Assembly: GCA_030682385.1 (NCBI GenBank)
Contig: JAUXOG010000067.1
Span: 8,790 to 72,789, forward strand
Length of the DNA: 64,000 bases
Source: Bacteroidota bacterium
GTDB taxonomy: Bacteria; Bacteroidota; Ignavibacteria; UBA10030; BY39
Direction of reading: 5' to 3'
Shown in pieces: positions 40,184 to 49,769 of this stretch. The notes beneath the pieces are model-generated. The model made no database searches. It had not been told where the DNA came from and saw only the letters and a list, made by a program, of their open reading frames with translations. How positions within the stretch are numbered: the first letter of the stretch is position 1; each line of letters opens with the position of its first letter. The position numbers were made by a program, and so were the translations under genes.

Positions 40184-41302
40184 GTGATGATTGAATTAAA
40201 AGGAATAAAGAAGTTTATGTTAATCATAGGTGGAGTTATTTTTTTAACAATTATTAGTTTCCTTTTAGTATTGATTTTTATGAGTTCTGGAAAACCCAAC
40301 CAATTTCTTGATAAGAATGGGAAAGTGTTTAAAAACAGCATATCAGAAAAAGTGTTTCTAGAAATAAATGGCACAAGGCAAGGGATGTTTATAAAGGGAG
40401 AGAACTTAGATAATCCTATCATTCTTTATATGCACGGCGGAATGCCGGATTATTTTTTAACAGAAAAATTTCCGACTCAGCTAGAAAAGAACTTTACAGT
40501 GGTGTGGTGGGAACAACGAGGTTGCGGTATATCGCATAATTCGAATTTAACAAATAATTATACAACTTTGGATCAACTTGTTGATGACTCCATTACATTA
40601 ACTGAATATCTGTTAAAACGCTTTAATAAGAAGAAAATTTATTTAATGGGTCATTCCGGCGGTACTTTCATTGGTGTTTATGTTATTGATAAAGTTCCAG
40701 AATTATATTATGCATACATCGGCATCGCTCAGATGTCCGATCAACGCAAATCGGAAAAGATTGCCTACAACTATATGCTTAGTAAATACCAAGAATTAGG
40801 GAATCGAAAAATGGTTGAAGTTTTACAGCGTATATCTCTCGGATATAATGGGGAATTACCAGACGAATATGTAAAAATTAGAGACGTTGCAATGCACGAA
40901 CTTGGTATTGGAACAATGAGAAAAATGAAAAATCTAATCACAGATCTTATTCTTCCATCATTGTTGTTTAGTGAATACACAATATCAGAGAAGTACAATT
41001 TATGGGTTAATAAATCACAATCGGGTATCAGCCAAAACTGGAAAAGAATGATAAATACAAACTTAATGGAAAGTAAGAATTCTTTTCGAGTTCCGGTTTA
41101 TTTTTTTCACGGTATTGATGATTATACTTGTTCTTATGAATTGGCAAAAGAATATTTTACAAAAATCAAAGCTCCAATAAAAGGATTTTATACATTTTAT
41201 CAATCAGCACATAGTCCGATATTCGAAGAACCTATAAAAATGAATAAAATATTAGTCAATGATATAGTGAATTCAAGAACAGAGTTAGCAGATAAAATGT
41301 AA
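40184..41302 (+). CDS. Alpha/beta-fold hydrolase with an N-terminal transmembrane anchor
   Basis: N-terminal transmembrane helix. HGGMPDYF oxyanion region and GHSGGT nucleophile elbow. Confidence 0.65.
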   Translation: MMIELKGIKKFMLIIGGVIFLTIISFLLVLIFMSSGKPNQFLDKNGKVFKNSISEKVFLEINGTRQGMFIKGENLDNPIILYMHGGMPDYFLTEKFPTQLEKNFTVVWWEQRGCGISHNSNLTNNYTTLDQLVDDSITLTEYLLKRFNKKKIYLMGHSGGTFIGVYVIDKVPELYYAYIGIAQMSDQRKSEKIAYNYMLSKYQELGNRKMVEVLQRISLGYNGELPDEYVKIRDVAMHELGIGTMRKMKNLITDLILPSLLFSEYTISEKYNLWVNKSQSGISQNWKRMINTNLMESKNSFRVPVYFFHGIDDYTCSYELAKEYFTKIKAPIKGFYTFYQSAHSPIFEEPIKMNKILVNDIVNSRTELADKM

Positions 41303-41432
41303 TGGGTAATGGGTAATGCCTAACCAGCGCCTCAACGCCGACCGCCATTTTAGTTCGGTGGTTTTGTGATTTTTGAAATTGTGTTTAAGTTATAGTTTGT
41401 TGTTCTAAGTGTTCGTTCTAATTAATTAACTT

Positions 41433-41490
41433 ACAAACTGCACTTGCGAATGCAATCCTCCAGAGGCGGACAGGCTTAAGTGCAGTTTGT
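41433..41490. repeat. 13-bp perfect inverted repeat (ACAAACTGCACTT / AAGTGCAGTTTGT) with a 32-nt loop
   Basis: Direct reading. Followed on the + strand by ttaatcttt. Possible weak terminator or regulatory hairpin. Confidence 0.6.
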
Positions 41491-41572
41491 TTAATCTTTG
41501 GCAATGCGTTTTAGCTTAGCTTCCTTGTTCTGGGCGGCGGGTTAGGCGCAACGTCGTTAGCCTGCAATAACA

Positions 41573-41863
41573 ATGGTACACTATCTCATTAAATATTATT
41601 TTGCAATTACTTTTGGTTGTGTATTTCCGATAATGTTAATTTTAAACATACTTCCACAACAATCATTGCATTCGTTGATATTTCCATCAATTAGGTGGGC
41701 GGGTATCATTGGAATATATTTAACATACTATCTTTTTGAAAAGAAAAATTACTGGGTTTTATATTACAATCTTCGGCTTCAAGGTATTTATATTCTTTTC
41801 AGTATTGCCGTTGTATATGAAATATCTACTTTTTTAGTTGGTTTATGGATTCTAAAAAGTTAG
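41573..41863 (+). CDS. Small hydrophobic membrane protein (about three transmembrane helices), hypothetical
   Basis: 96 aa, very hydrophobic. Overlaps the start of the downstream ABC ATPase, which suggests translational coupling. Confidence 0.45.
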   Translation: MVHYLIKYYFAITFGCVFPIMLILNILPQQSLHSLIFPSIRWAGIIGIYLTYYLFEKKNYWVLYYNLRLQGIYILFSIAVVYEISTFLVGLWILKS

Positions 41864-42468
41864 TTGTTGATTCAATTGTATTTAGGTATGCCACCAAAGA
41901 GATACTTCGAGGAATATATTTCGATTTAGAATTAGGCAGTATTTGTGGTTTGTATGGAATAAATGGTTCAGGAAAAACTACGCTTATTAAAATTATCGCA
42001 GGTTTATTGAAACCGGCAAGTGGCTCAATATTTATTGCTGGCAAAGTATTTAATTCACCACAATTAAAAGACCGTTTTTCTCAGATTTCGTTTTTATCGC
42101 AAGAAAGTTTTTTACCTGACGATTTACGTGTTAAAGATTTGATAAGACACTTTCCTAAAGATAGTGAGCAGTTGTTGGCAGATGAAATGATTTCAAAATA
42201 TCTTAATCAAAAAATTTATTCTTTATCCACTGGAGAGCGAAGATATATTGAAGTTAGATTGATTTTGTCATTACAAAGACCTTTTGTTTTATTAGATGAA
42301 CCATTTACTGGACTTGAACCGATTAAAATTGAAAAGGTTGTTCAATTACTTCAGAAAGAAAAAGAAAATGGTCGAGGAATATTACTCACAGATCATTATC
42401 GCCAATACGTTTCTTCTGTAATTGATAGAGCATATCTATTAAACGAAGGTTATTGCAAAACAATATAA
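41845..42468 (+). CDS. ABC transporter ATP-binding protein (short, 207 aa)
   Basis: Walker A GINGSGKTT, signature LSTGERRY, Walker B LLDEPFTGLE. Confidence 0.8.
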   Translation: MDSKKLVVDSIVFRYATKEILRGIYFDLELGSICGLYGINGSGKTTLIKIIAGLLKPASGSIFIAGKVFNSPQLKDRFSQISFLSQESFLPDDLRVKDLIRHFPKDSEQLLADEMISKYLNQKIYSLSTGERRYIEVRLILSLQRPFVLLDEPFTGLEPIKIEKVVQLLQKEKENGRGILLTDHYRQYVSSVIDRAYLLNEGYCKTI

Positions 42469-42735
42469 CGTAATTGCAGGCTAACCAGTCACTCAAACTG
42501 ACATTACAACCGCGCGCGCCTGAGTTGTGAGTGTTGAATTATTAAATGACAACACACGATATAACAGCACATTTTAAATTTAAACTTTTAATCGACGCGC
42601 TGGAACATTGCAACGCAGGTTAGTTCCAGTCCGTTAGGCAACTAAAATCTGGTGTAGATATGTTTAATATAAAGAACGTATCTGTTAGGAACGTAAAACG
42701 TTCTAAGCTAACGGACGTTCTAAAGGAAAAGAAAA

Positions 42736-43128
42736 ATGCAAATTGACCACTTTGTTTTAAACGTGAACGACATCGAAGAAACTATTAAGTTCTACAAGCG
42801 CGTAGTGGGTGCGGAATTGGTAGATTATGAAGCATGGAAATCGGGGTCGGTAAAATACCCGGCACTTCTTTTCACGCTCCAAAAAATTATTCTCCATACA
42901 CTAACCACAAAAGCTGAAATTAACTCAGCCAACCCACAAACCGGCAGCGCAGATTTTTGTTTCCACTGGGATGGAAATATTTCAGCAGCAGTTGAGCATC
43001 TTGCCCAACACGGTGTATCAGTCGAGCTTGGACCTGTCGAGAGAATGGGAACGCACGGAAAAGGGAAAAGTGTTTTCTTCAGAGACCCTGAAGGAAATTT
43101 GCTTGAGTTTATTAGTTATTTGCCGTAA
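42736..43128 (+). CDS. Glyoxalase/bleomycin-resistance/VOC family protein
   Basis: 130 aa. VDHFVLNVNDIEETIKFY ... DPEGNLLEF is typical of the VOC fold. Confidence 0.7.
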   Translation: MQIDHFVLNVNDIEETIKFYKRVVGAELVDYEAWKSGSVKYPALLFTLQKIILHTLTTKAEINSANPQTGSADFCFHWDGNISAAVEHLAQHGVSVELGPVERMGTHGKGKSVFFRDPEGNLLEFISYLP

Positions 43129-43203
43129 GTTTGAAATATCAATATAGTTTTTTATCTTGTAGTTGCAATTAATAATGCTAAGTATAAAAAGGAGAACTGT
43201 AAA

Positions 43204-43680
43204 ATGAAATATTATCTGATTTTCTTCGCACTAATTTTGACTCTGTTTGAATACTCATTCAGTCAAACAAAATGTTATCCTTGGAAGGAATTTGAGAAAT
43301 CCGGGTTTACATATACTGAGTTAGAGTCTCTTTACACAGAGGCGGTCAATATAGATACGGCAACTTTTACAGCTTTTAAAGGTAGAGAAGACGAATTGTA
43401 TAAGGCATGGGTGAAACTATTGCAGGATATATCTGCTTTTCTTTGGAAGAATAATTTTAAATGGGGAACAGCAACTAACTGTTGGAATCGGTTCTACTTC
43501 GATAAAGATGGAACAATCGAACACTACATCTATAAGATTGACGAATTTGAAAAAGCAGAAGAATTTGAAAAACTAATGAATAAATTTATTCAAGATTATA
43601 AATTTCCACTAACAGCAGAATTGAAATTTAAGCAATGTGGTTATGCGCAATTTCAAGATAAAAAGGAAAAAAATGAGTAA
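43204..43680 (+). CDS. Hypothetical secreted protein
   Basis: Signal peptide [21 protein letters not shown]. No family recognised. Confidence 0.45.
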   Translation: MKYYLIFFALILTLFEYSFSQTKCYPWKEFEKSGFTYTELESLYTEAVNIDTATFTAFKGREDELYKAWVKLLQDISAFLWKNNFKWGTATNCWNRFYFDKDGTIEHYIYKIDEFEKAEEFEKLMNKFIQDYKFPLTAELKFKQCGYAQFQDKKEKNE

Positions 43681-44650
43681 CCAAATTAATAACTTTCAGC
43701 GTCTTCGACGCACACGCATGAACCCTATCATACGTTCGATGGTACGCGAAACCGAGCTTTCAAAAAACGATTTTATATATCCGCTGTTTGCAGTGCCGGG
43801 AAATAAATTCAAGAAGGAAGTCTCTTCCATGCCCGGTGTCTATCAGATGTCGGTTGATGAAATCGTGCGTGAATGTGTTGATGTAAAAAACCTCGGAATA
43901 CCTGCGGTCATTCTTTTCGGCATCCCCGAGAAGAAAGATGAAGTCGGCAGCGGCGCATACGATCCGAACGGTATAATCCAGCAATCAGTTCGCGCAATCA
44001 AAAAAGAAGTCCCTGAGCTTTATGTAATAACCGATGTATGCCTATGTGAGTACACCTCGCACGGACACTGTGGAATTGTTAAAGGCGATGAAATATTAAA
44101 CGACCCTTCAATCGAATTGTTAGCCAAAGAAGCACTTACACACGCACAAGCCGGTGCCGATATGGTTGCACCATCGGATATGTTCGACGGACGTGTAAAA
44201 GCAATCAGGGAAATGCTGGATAAAAATAATTTCCACAATCTACCGATAATGTCGTACGCTGCAAAGTATGCATCCGGATTTTACGGACCATTCCGTGAAG
44301 CCGCCGAAAGCACGCCGCAGTTCGGCGACAGGCGCTCGCACCAGATGGATCCTGCAAACTCTGACGAGGCAATACGGGAAGTTGAAGCGGACATTGAGGA
44401 GGGGGCTGATATAGTTATGGTCAAACCGGCGCTTCCATATCTCGATATAATCAGGCGCGTGAAAGATGAATTCAGAATGCCGACGGCTGCATACAATGTT
44501 AGCGGTGAATACTCGATGATTAAAGCGGCGGGTAAATTAGGTTGGATTGACGAACAGCGGGTGATGCTTGAAGTTCTAACCAGCATCAAACGTGCGGGCG
44601 CTGATTTGATTTTAACTTACTTTGCAAAAGATGCGGCAAAGTTGCTTTAG
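43673..44650 (+). CDS. hemB: Porphobilinogen synthase (delta-aminolevulinate dehydratase)
   Basis: [18 protein letters not shown]-terminus. Active-site lysine regions (VKPALPYLD). Start placed at MSNQINNF. Confidence 0.9.
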   Translation: MSNQINNFQRLRRTRMNPIIRSMVRETELSKNDFIYPLFAVPGNKFKKEVSSMPGVYQMSVDEIVRECVDVKNLGIPAVILFGIPEKKDEVGSGAYDPNGIIQQSVRAIKKEVPELYVITDVCLCEYTSHGHCGIVKGDEILNDPSIELLAKEALTHAQAGADMVAPSDMFDGRVKAIREMLDKNNFHNLPIMSYAAKYASGFYGPFREAAESTPQFGDRRSHQMDPANSDEAIREVEADIEEGADIVMVKPALPYLDIIRRVKDEFRMPTAAYNVSGEYSMIKAAGKLGWIDEQRVMLEVLTSIKRAGADLILTYFAKDAAKLL

Positions 44651-44829
44651 AACAATTACCATTGTAGCGGATGTCCAATAAAGTGAAATTTTGTCTTAGT
44701 GTTATTTAGTGAACTTGTGTCTTAGTGGTAAATATTGTTCTTTAATTTTTTTTCTATTACCACTTAGACACTAAGAACACTTAACCCACGAAGAATTTTT
44801 GGACAACCTCTATCTGCTTTTCTTTTCAA

Positions 44830-45840
44830 ATGCCAAACCCAACCCAACACCATATTAAAAAAGTTCTTATAACAAGTGGGACAGGCTTCATTGGCTCCAA
44901 CCTTGCCGAAGCTTTATTGAAAGAGGGCTGCCAGGTCCGCATACTCCTGCGGGATAATTCAGACTTACGTGCAGTTAAAGGTTTAAGCGTTGAGCATTTT
45001 ATCGGAGACATACTCGACAAGAATTCTTTGCGACAAGCAATGGATGGATGCGATACGGTTTTTCATACAGCCGCAATTGTGGCGATGTGGAAGAAAAAAG
45101 GAACGGAACAAAAGGAGGTGAACGTCCTCGGCACTAAAAACGTAGCCGAAGTCGCTCTTGAAACAGGCGTTAAAAAATTCGTCCACACAAGTTCAATCGC
45201 TGCTTTAGGTTACCGCACCGACGGAAAATTATCCGACGAGACAACCGATTTCAACTGGAACACACAACTCACGTACAAATATTCAAAACACTTAGCCGAG
45301 CTTGAAATATTTAAAGCCATCGAGAAAGGACTCGACGCAGTAATTGTTAATCCTGCTGTAGTAATCGGACCAAAGGATTACCGATTTCACGGCGGTTCGC
45401 TGATTAAAAGAGTAAGCAGCGGCATGGTTCCTTTTTACATTGATGGTGGAATAAACATCGTTTATATCGATGATGTCGTCTTCGGACATATCCAAGCAGC
45501 GAAGGTTGGAAGAATTGGTGAAAGATATGTTTTAGGAGGAACGAATCTTACCATCAAAGAAGCATTCGAACAGGTAGCTGAAGTGGTTGGAGTTACTCCG
45601 CCAAAATTTAAAGCCCCAACACTTTTAGTAAAGTCGGCTGCAAAATTTTTTGATTTGATAAGCAGTGTTACGGGGAAAAAACCTTTTATCAGTTCCGATT
45701 TGATTGCGAGTATCGGAATAAATTTTTGGTTTAACACTGAAAAAGCAGAGCGAGGATTTGGATATCAGATAACACCGTTTAAGGAAGCGGTGAAAAAAAC
45801 TTATGTGTGGTATAAAGCGGAGGGGTTGTTGGAATCATGA
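44830..45840 (+). CDS. NAD-dependent epimerase/dehydratase (extended SDR family)
   Basis: VLITSGTGFIGSNLAEAL Rossmann motif and a YKYSK (YxxxK) catalytic motif. Confidence 0.8.
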   Translation: MPNPTQHHIKKVLITSGTGFIGSNLAEALLKEGCQVRILLRDNSDLRAVKGLSVEHFIGDILDKNSLRQAMDGCDTVFHTAAIVAMWKKKGTEQKEVNVLGTKNVAEVALETGVKKFVHTSSIAALGYRTDGKLSDETTDFNWNTQLTYKYSKHLAELEIFKAIEKGLDAVIVNPAVVIGPKDYRFHGGSLIKRVSSGMVPFYIDGGINIVYIDDVVFGHIQAAKVGRIGERYVLGGTNLTIKEAFEQVAEVVGVTPPKFKAPTLLVKSAAKFFDLISSVTGKKPFISSDLIASIGINFWFNTEKAERGFGYQITPFKEAVKKTYVWYKAEGLLES

Positions 45841-45927
45841 AATAGTGGATGAATGGTTAATGATTGTGTTTTGTATTTTTCGCAGTTCTATATTCATCAT
45901 CCTTGATTACAAATTGGTAAGGTTGGT

Positions 45928-46212
45928 TTATTTTGTTAGATGGAATTCTTTTTTACAATGGAGAAGAGCCAATATTTCAATTTCTTCTCCTGAAATTTCG
46001 TAAATTAATCTATAGGAATATATTATTAATTCTCTAATATTCGTTTCATTCATCTCGGGAACAATTCTACCCATCGAAGGAAAAAGACTCAAACGCTCTG
46101 CTCTCTCTATGATTTCTGTTGTAACTTTTTTAGCATAGTATTTTGAATCTTTAGCAATAAAATCATGTATTTGCCTTAAATCGTTCTTGGCAGGAATCGA
46201 CCACTTTACCAT
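45928..46212 (-). CDS. Type II toxin, RelE/ParE family
   Basis: 94 aa, MVKWSIPAKNDLRQIHDFI...LLHCKKE, typical ParE/RelE fold signature. ATG overlaps the upstream small ORF stop (ATGGTAA). Confidence 0.75.
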   Translation of the reverse strand: MVKWSIPAKNDLRQIHDFIAKDSKYYAKKVTTEIIERAERLSLFPSMGRIVPEMNETNIRELIIYSYRLIYEISGEEIEILALLHCKKEFHLTK

Positions 46213-46385
46213 GTTTCAATTTCTTTTTTTAATTCCTCCGTTGAAACTACTTCATTATTTTGTACGGCTGACTGTCCTCTTTTAATTTTGTCTATCACAT
46301 ATAAATGATACATAATGTCTTCAATGTCAACATCTTCTGGTAAATTTGATATCGACTCGATTATTTCTTTTTTAATTACTTGCAT
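46206..46385 (-). CDS. Putative antitoxin (addiction-module component, about 59 aa)
   Basis: Read directly off the minus strand: [59 protein letters not shown]. 4-nt overlap with the toxin. Below the ORF-track size cutoff. Confidence 0.6.
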   Translation of the reverse strand: MQVIKKEIIESISNLPEDVDIEDIMYHLYVIDKIKRGQSAVQNNEVVSTEELKKEIETW

Positions 46386-46512
46386 ATGTTTGCCTTATCT
46401 CTTAATGTTTGATTATAAGCTAATAATAAAAACTTTAATTATCAATTCTATGCTTTTTGTTTTGCAGTTTTATATTTCTTAAATTTCACAAAAATATTTT
46501 TAAGTCAATTAT

Positions 46513-47802
46513 ATGAACACATCAAAGTCAGATACACTATTCGAAAAAGCAAAACAATTAATCCCCGGCGGTGTGAACTCGCCCGTGCGGGCTTTCAAAT
46601 CTGTAGGCACAAATCCTCTATTCATACAAAAAGCAAAGGGTTCCAAACTATGGGATGCCGATGGAAACGAATTCATCGATTACGTTGGCTCGTGGGGACC
46701 GATGCTGCTTGGGCATTCACATCCAAAAATAATTGAAGCAATTAAGAAAACTGCTGAAAACGGAACAAGCTTCGGCGCCCCAACCGAGCTTGAAGTGATG
46801 ATCGCTGAATTGATTACGAAGATAATGCCTTCAATCGAAATGGTTCGAATGGTAAACTCAGGCACAGAAGCAACAATGAGCGCAATCAGGCTTGCACGCG
46901 CATACACGGGTAAAGATAAGATGATCAAATTTGAAGGATGCTACCACGGACACGGCGATTCGTTTCTAATAAAAGCCGGTTCGGGGGCTATGACTTTCGG
47001 AGTCCCTGACAGTCCCGGTATTCCGAAAGGCATTGCCGATTATACTTTGACTGCGCGCTTCAATGATATCGCTTCGGTTGAGGAATTGATTTCGAAAAAC
47101 AAATCAGAGATTGCCGCGTTAATCGTTGAGCCCGTTGTCGGAAACATGGGATGCATTCCGCCGCGAGAAAATTTTCTGAAACAACTGCGGCAGTTATGCA
47201 CACGGGAAAATATAGTTCTGATTTTCGATGAAGTGATGACCGGGTTTCGCATTTCTCTCGGCGGTGCTCAGGAACTTTACAAAATTAAACCAGACATTAC
47301 CACACTTGGCAAAATTATCGGCGGAGGTTTGCCTGTTGGCGCTTACGGCGGCAAAAAAGAAATAATGCAATTGGTTTCACCAAGCGGACCTATGTATCAA
47401 GCCGGAACGCTATCGGGCAATCCGTTAGCTATGGCGGCGGGGTTTGAAATGCTTTCGATTATTTCACAAGATAAATCTGTTTATAAAATTCTTGAGGAAC
47501 GGTCCGCACAATTAGAAAATGGGATGCGGGAGACTCTGCAAAAATTTAGTTTGAATTACAGGATAAACAGAGTCGGTTCTATGTTCACTTTGTTTTTCAC
47601 TGATAAAGAAGTCTTTGATTATGATAGTGCCAAAACATCGGATACTAAAAAGTTCGCTTTATATTTTAATGAGATGTTGATGCAGGGAATATATTTAGCT
47701 CCGTCGCAGTTTGAAGCTGCATTTGTTTCGGCGGCACATTCTACGGAAGATATTGAAAAGACAAATCGAGCGTTTGCTGAAGCGATTAAAAATATAACGT
47801 AG
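46513..47802 (+). CDS. hemL: Glutamate-1-semialdehyde 2,1-aminomutase
   Basis: Class-III aminotransferase with a PLP-lysine region ([17 protein letters not shown]). 429 aa. Confidence 0.9.
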   Translation: MNTSKSDTLFEKAKQLIPGGVNSPVRAFKSVGTNPLFIQKAKGSKLWDADGNEFIDYVGSWGPMLLGHSHPKIIEAIKKTAENGTSFGAPTELEVMIAELITKIMPSIEMVRMVNSGTEATMSAIRLARAYTGKDKMIKFEGCYHGHGDSFLIKAGSGAMTFGVPDSPGIPKGIADYTLTARFNDIASVEELISKNKSEIAALIVEPVVGNMGCIPPRENFLKQLRQLCTRENIVLIFDEVMTGFRISLGGAQELYKIKPDITTLGKIIGGGLPVGAYGGKKEIMQLVSPSGPMYQAGTLSGNPLAMAAGFEMLSIISQDKSVYKILEERSAQLENGMRETLQKFSLNYRINRVGSMFTLFFTDKEVFDYDSAKTSDTKKFALYFNEMLMQGIYLAPSQFEAAFVSAAHSTEDIEKTNRAFAEAIKNIT

Positions 47803-48182
47803 AGACGTTCCATGGAACGTCTCCTGTCTTACGCACTGGGACACCCAAAACCAAGAATTGGAGTTTTATAAGATTAATAATTAACATACCGCTCCTACGG
47901 AGCGGGTAATATATTCTTTGATACATAGCTACAGACATACGAGTCCTACGGACTCGATAAATGGTAGTTATGAAACGACTCCAAAGGAGTCGAATGTCTG
48001 TAGTATTTGAAATATAAAATAATACCGACCCCAGCGGGGTCGAATGTTTGTATGTATTTTCCGTCTTACGCATTGGGACACCCGTATCCAAAAGTAAAAT
48101 GCGGTTTTTGGTAATATTTCTAAAGATTTTTCGTTTTTGTTAAAATTGTGCGGAAGTCAGGAGACGTTCCATGGAACGTCTC
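47802..48182. repeat. Copy 1 of a ~340-bp multi-hairpin intergenic element, bounded by two identical 22-bp palindromes (GAGACGTTCCATGGAACGTCTC)
   Basis: The core 47824-48160 is highly similar to 62190-62540. It contains four CGAnTCC-N3-GGAnTCG-type hairpins (ccgctcctacggagcgg, cgagtcctacggactcg, cgactccaaaggagtcg, cgaccccagcggggtcg). It also has two internal direct copies of CGTCTTACGCAYTGGGACACCC. Confidence 0.8.
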
Positions 48183-48258
48183 TACTGCATTTTTTTCCAA
48201 CACAAAAGCCATCCCGAAAATCGAGATGGCTTTTGTATTTAAATAAAATTTAAACTTA

Positions 48259-49734
48259 CTAATTTCCGACACTGCCATAAAGGAATGCAGTAGCATTTCC
48301 ATTCGAACCGCTTACAGAAATTTTTACCACAACCGGCATAATCTGTGGTGTTCCGGCTGGCGTGGCATCGACCACAGTAAGTGTGAAATCAGTTCTTCCA
48401 GGACCGCGGAAGAGATAATCGTTTAATGGTTCATCGGGTAAGCCGCCAACTTTTGCAGCCCAGTTAGTACCTTCAGGTGGCGAGAATTCGATGGTTGATG
48501 AGATTTGGGTTCCCGGTGCAAGTGGATTTCCGTGTTGGTCGGATATATTTACGCTAAACGTTTGCGACCCACCGCGCGGAACGTTGATTGTATAGGACGG
48601 ACTTACGCTAATGCCTGGAACTCCGGAGAATAGTATTATAACGCTATCTTTAACAATAACGCCATTTTGTCCGATAGTTTGAGCATAAATCCATGCATAG
48701 CCTGGTCCAAATCCGGGGACAGCGTAATTTGGTAATGGATTGCCGCTATAAAGAGTTGCTGTTGTTTGTCCTTTTATATCGGTATAGCGCGCAGCAGTTA
48801 CGATACCACCTGTTGTATTAAAATAAACCGCCGTCCCTTGATGAACAGGATTGCTATATTTATCTCCAACCTGTACAAGGATTTCGTTCGTCCTTCCAAT
48901 CCAATTGTATGCGGCAAAGTTAGATTGTTTAGGACCGATTGAAAAATAATTCTGGTCGGGTAAACCGGCATTTACGACGACACGAGTTGGTGTTGAACGA
49001 ACCCAAACTCCATCACTCTCTCTTCTCAACGAAGCGACTATCTGAAGGACACCTGAAATCGTTCCGCTGTTCACAGTCGTTGCGACCCGCCCCGCTGAAT
49101 TTGTTAACGACCACGAAGGTGAAACATAGGCGCCTCCTGCAACCGGAGGTCCTGCAATAGAAAAGGTTACAGTATCACGCTGCGAAATACTGATTGGAAA
49201 TCCAAGTGAATCTCTAACTTCATATAGTATTATAGCAGTTTCGTTACCCCCAACTCCATAAACTTTTATATCAATTGTTTGTGGACCCATGAAGGCAATT
49301 GTTTGAGGCATACCTGAGCCGGGCGGAATTCCACCACCACCCCCAATTGTTGTTGTTGTATCGAGTGTGATTGTAATCGGAGGAATCGGATATTTCGATC
49401 CAACTTCTACTTCAAATGTGAAGGGGGATTCTTCTTTGTATCCTTCTTTTTTTATATTCATTGTTACATTTAACTGAACCGCAGGCTCAAGTGTAAATTG
49501 AAAGTAATAATTCCCATCTTGATCTGTTGAGTCGATCATCGGAGTCAAACCGCTTGCAGTTAAATTTACTTGTACATCCTTAACCGGTAATATCATATTT
49601 TGCTTTTGCTCTACGACTTTACCGGATATTATCACAAGTGTTTCCTCTTCTACCGGGGCTACCTTGTCCGTACAGCTATAGAGTGTGAATAGAAACAGAG
49701 CCGCAAGCAGACACATCAATATTTTTATTTTCAT
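48259..49734 (-). CDS. Lipoprotein with carboxypeptidase-regulatory-like and Ig-like beta domains, last gene of the pilus cluster
   Basis: Lipobox LFTLYSCTD. ISGKVVEQ beta-sandwich N-domain. Gly/Thr-rich Ig-like repeats. Confidence 0.45.
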   Translation of the reverse strand: MKIKILMCLLAALFLFTLYSCTDKVAPVEEETLVIISGKVVEQKQNMILPVKDVQVNLTASGLTPMIDSTDQDGNYYFQFTLEPAVQLNVTMNIKKEGYKEESPFTFEVEVGSKYPIPPITITLDTTTTIGGGGGIPPGSGMPQTIAFMGPQTIDIKVYGVGGNETAIILYEVRDSLGFPISISQRDTVTFSIAGPPVAGGAYVSPSWSLTNSAGRVATTVNSGTISGVLQIVASLRRESDGVWVRSTPTRVVVNAGLPDQNYFSIGPKQSNFAAYNWIGRTNEILVQVGDKYSNPVHQGTAVYFNTTGGIVTAARYTDIKGQTTATLYSGNPLPNYAVPGFGPGYAWIYAQTIGQNGVIVKDSVIILFSGVPGISVSPSYTINVPRGGSQTFSVNISDQHGNPLAPGTQISSTIEFSPPEGTNWAAKVGGLPDEPLNDYLFRGPGRTDFTLTVVDATPAGTPQIMPVVVKISVSGSNGNATAFLYGSVGN

Positions 49735-49769
49735 AGCTTTTTTCCTAATATATTCTTTTAAAAAATTCT

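Noticed and set aside
47900-48060. Possibility that the hairpin array is a CRISPR array
   Set aside because: The repeats are 17-nt hairpins with irregular 35-50-nt spacing and divergent sequences. There is no identical repeat with unique spacers and no cas genes in the window.
47786-48091. 101-aa minus ORF, and the 66-aa minus ORF at 62050-62250 that shares INLIKLQFLVLG with it
   Set aside because: The shared peptide is produced by the CCAAGAATTGGAGTTTTATAAGATTAA block of the duplicated hairpin element. Both ORFs lie entirely in the structured repeat with no ribosome-binding site. More likely non-coding.
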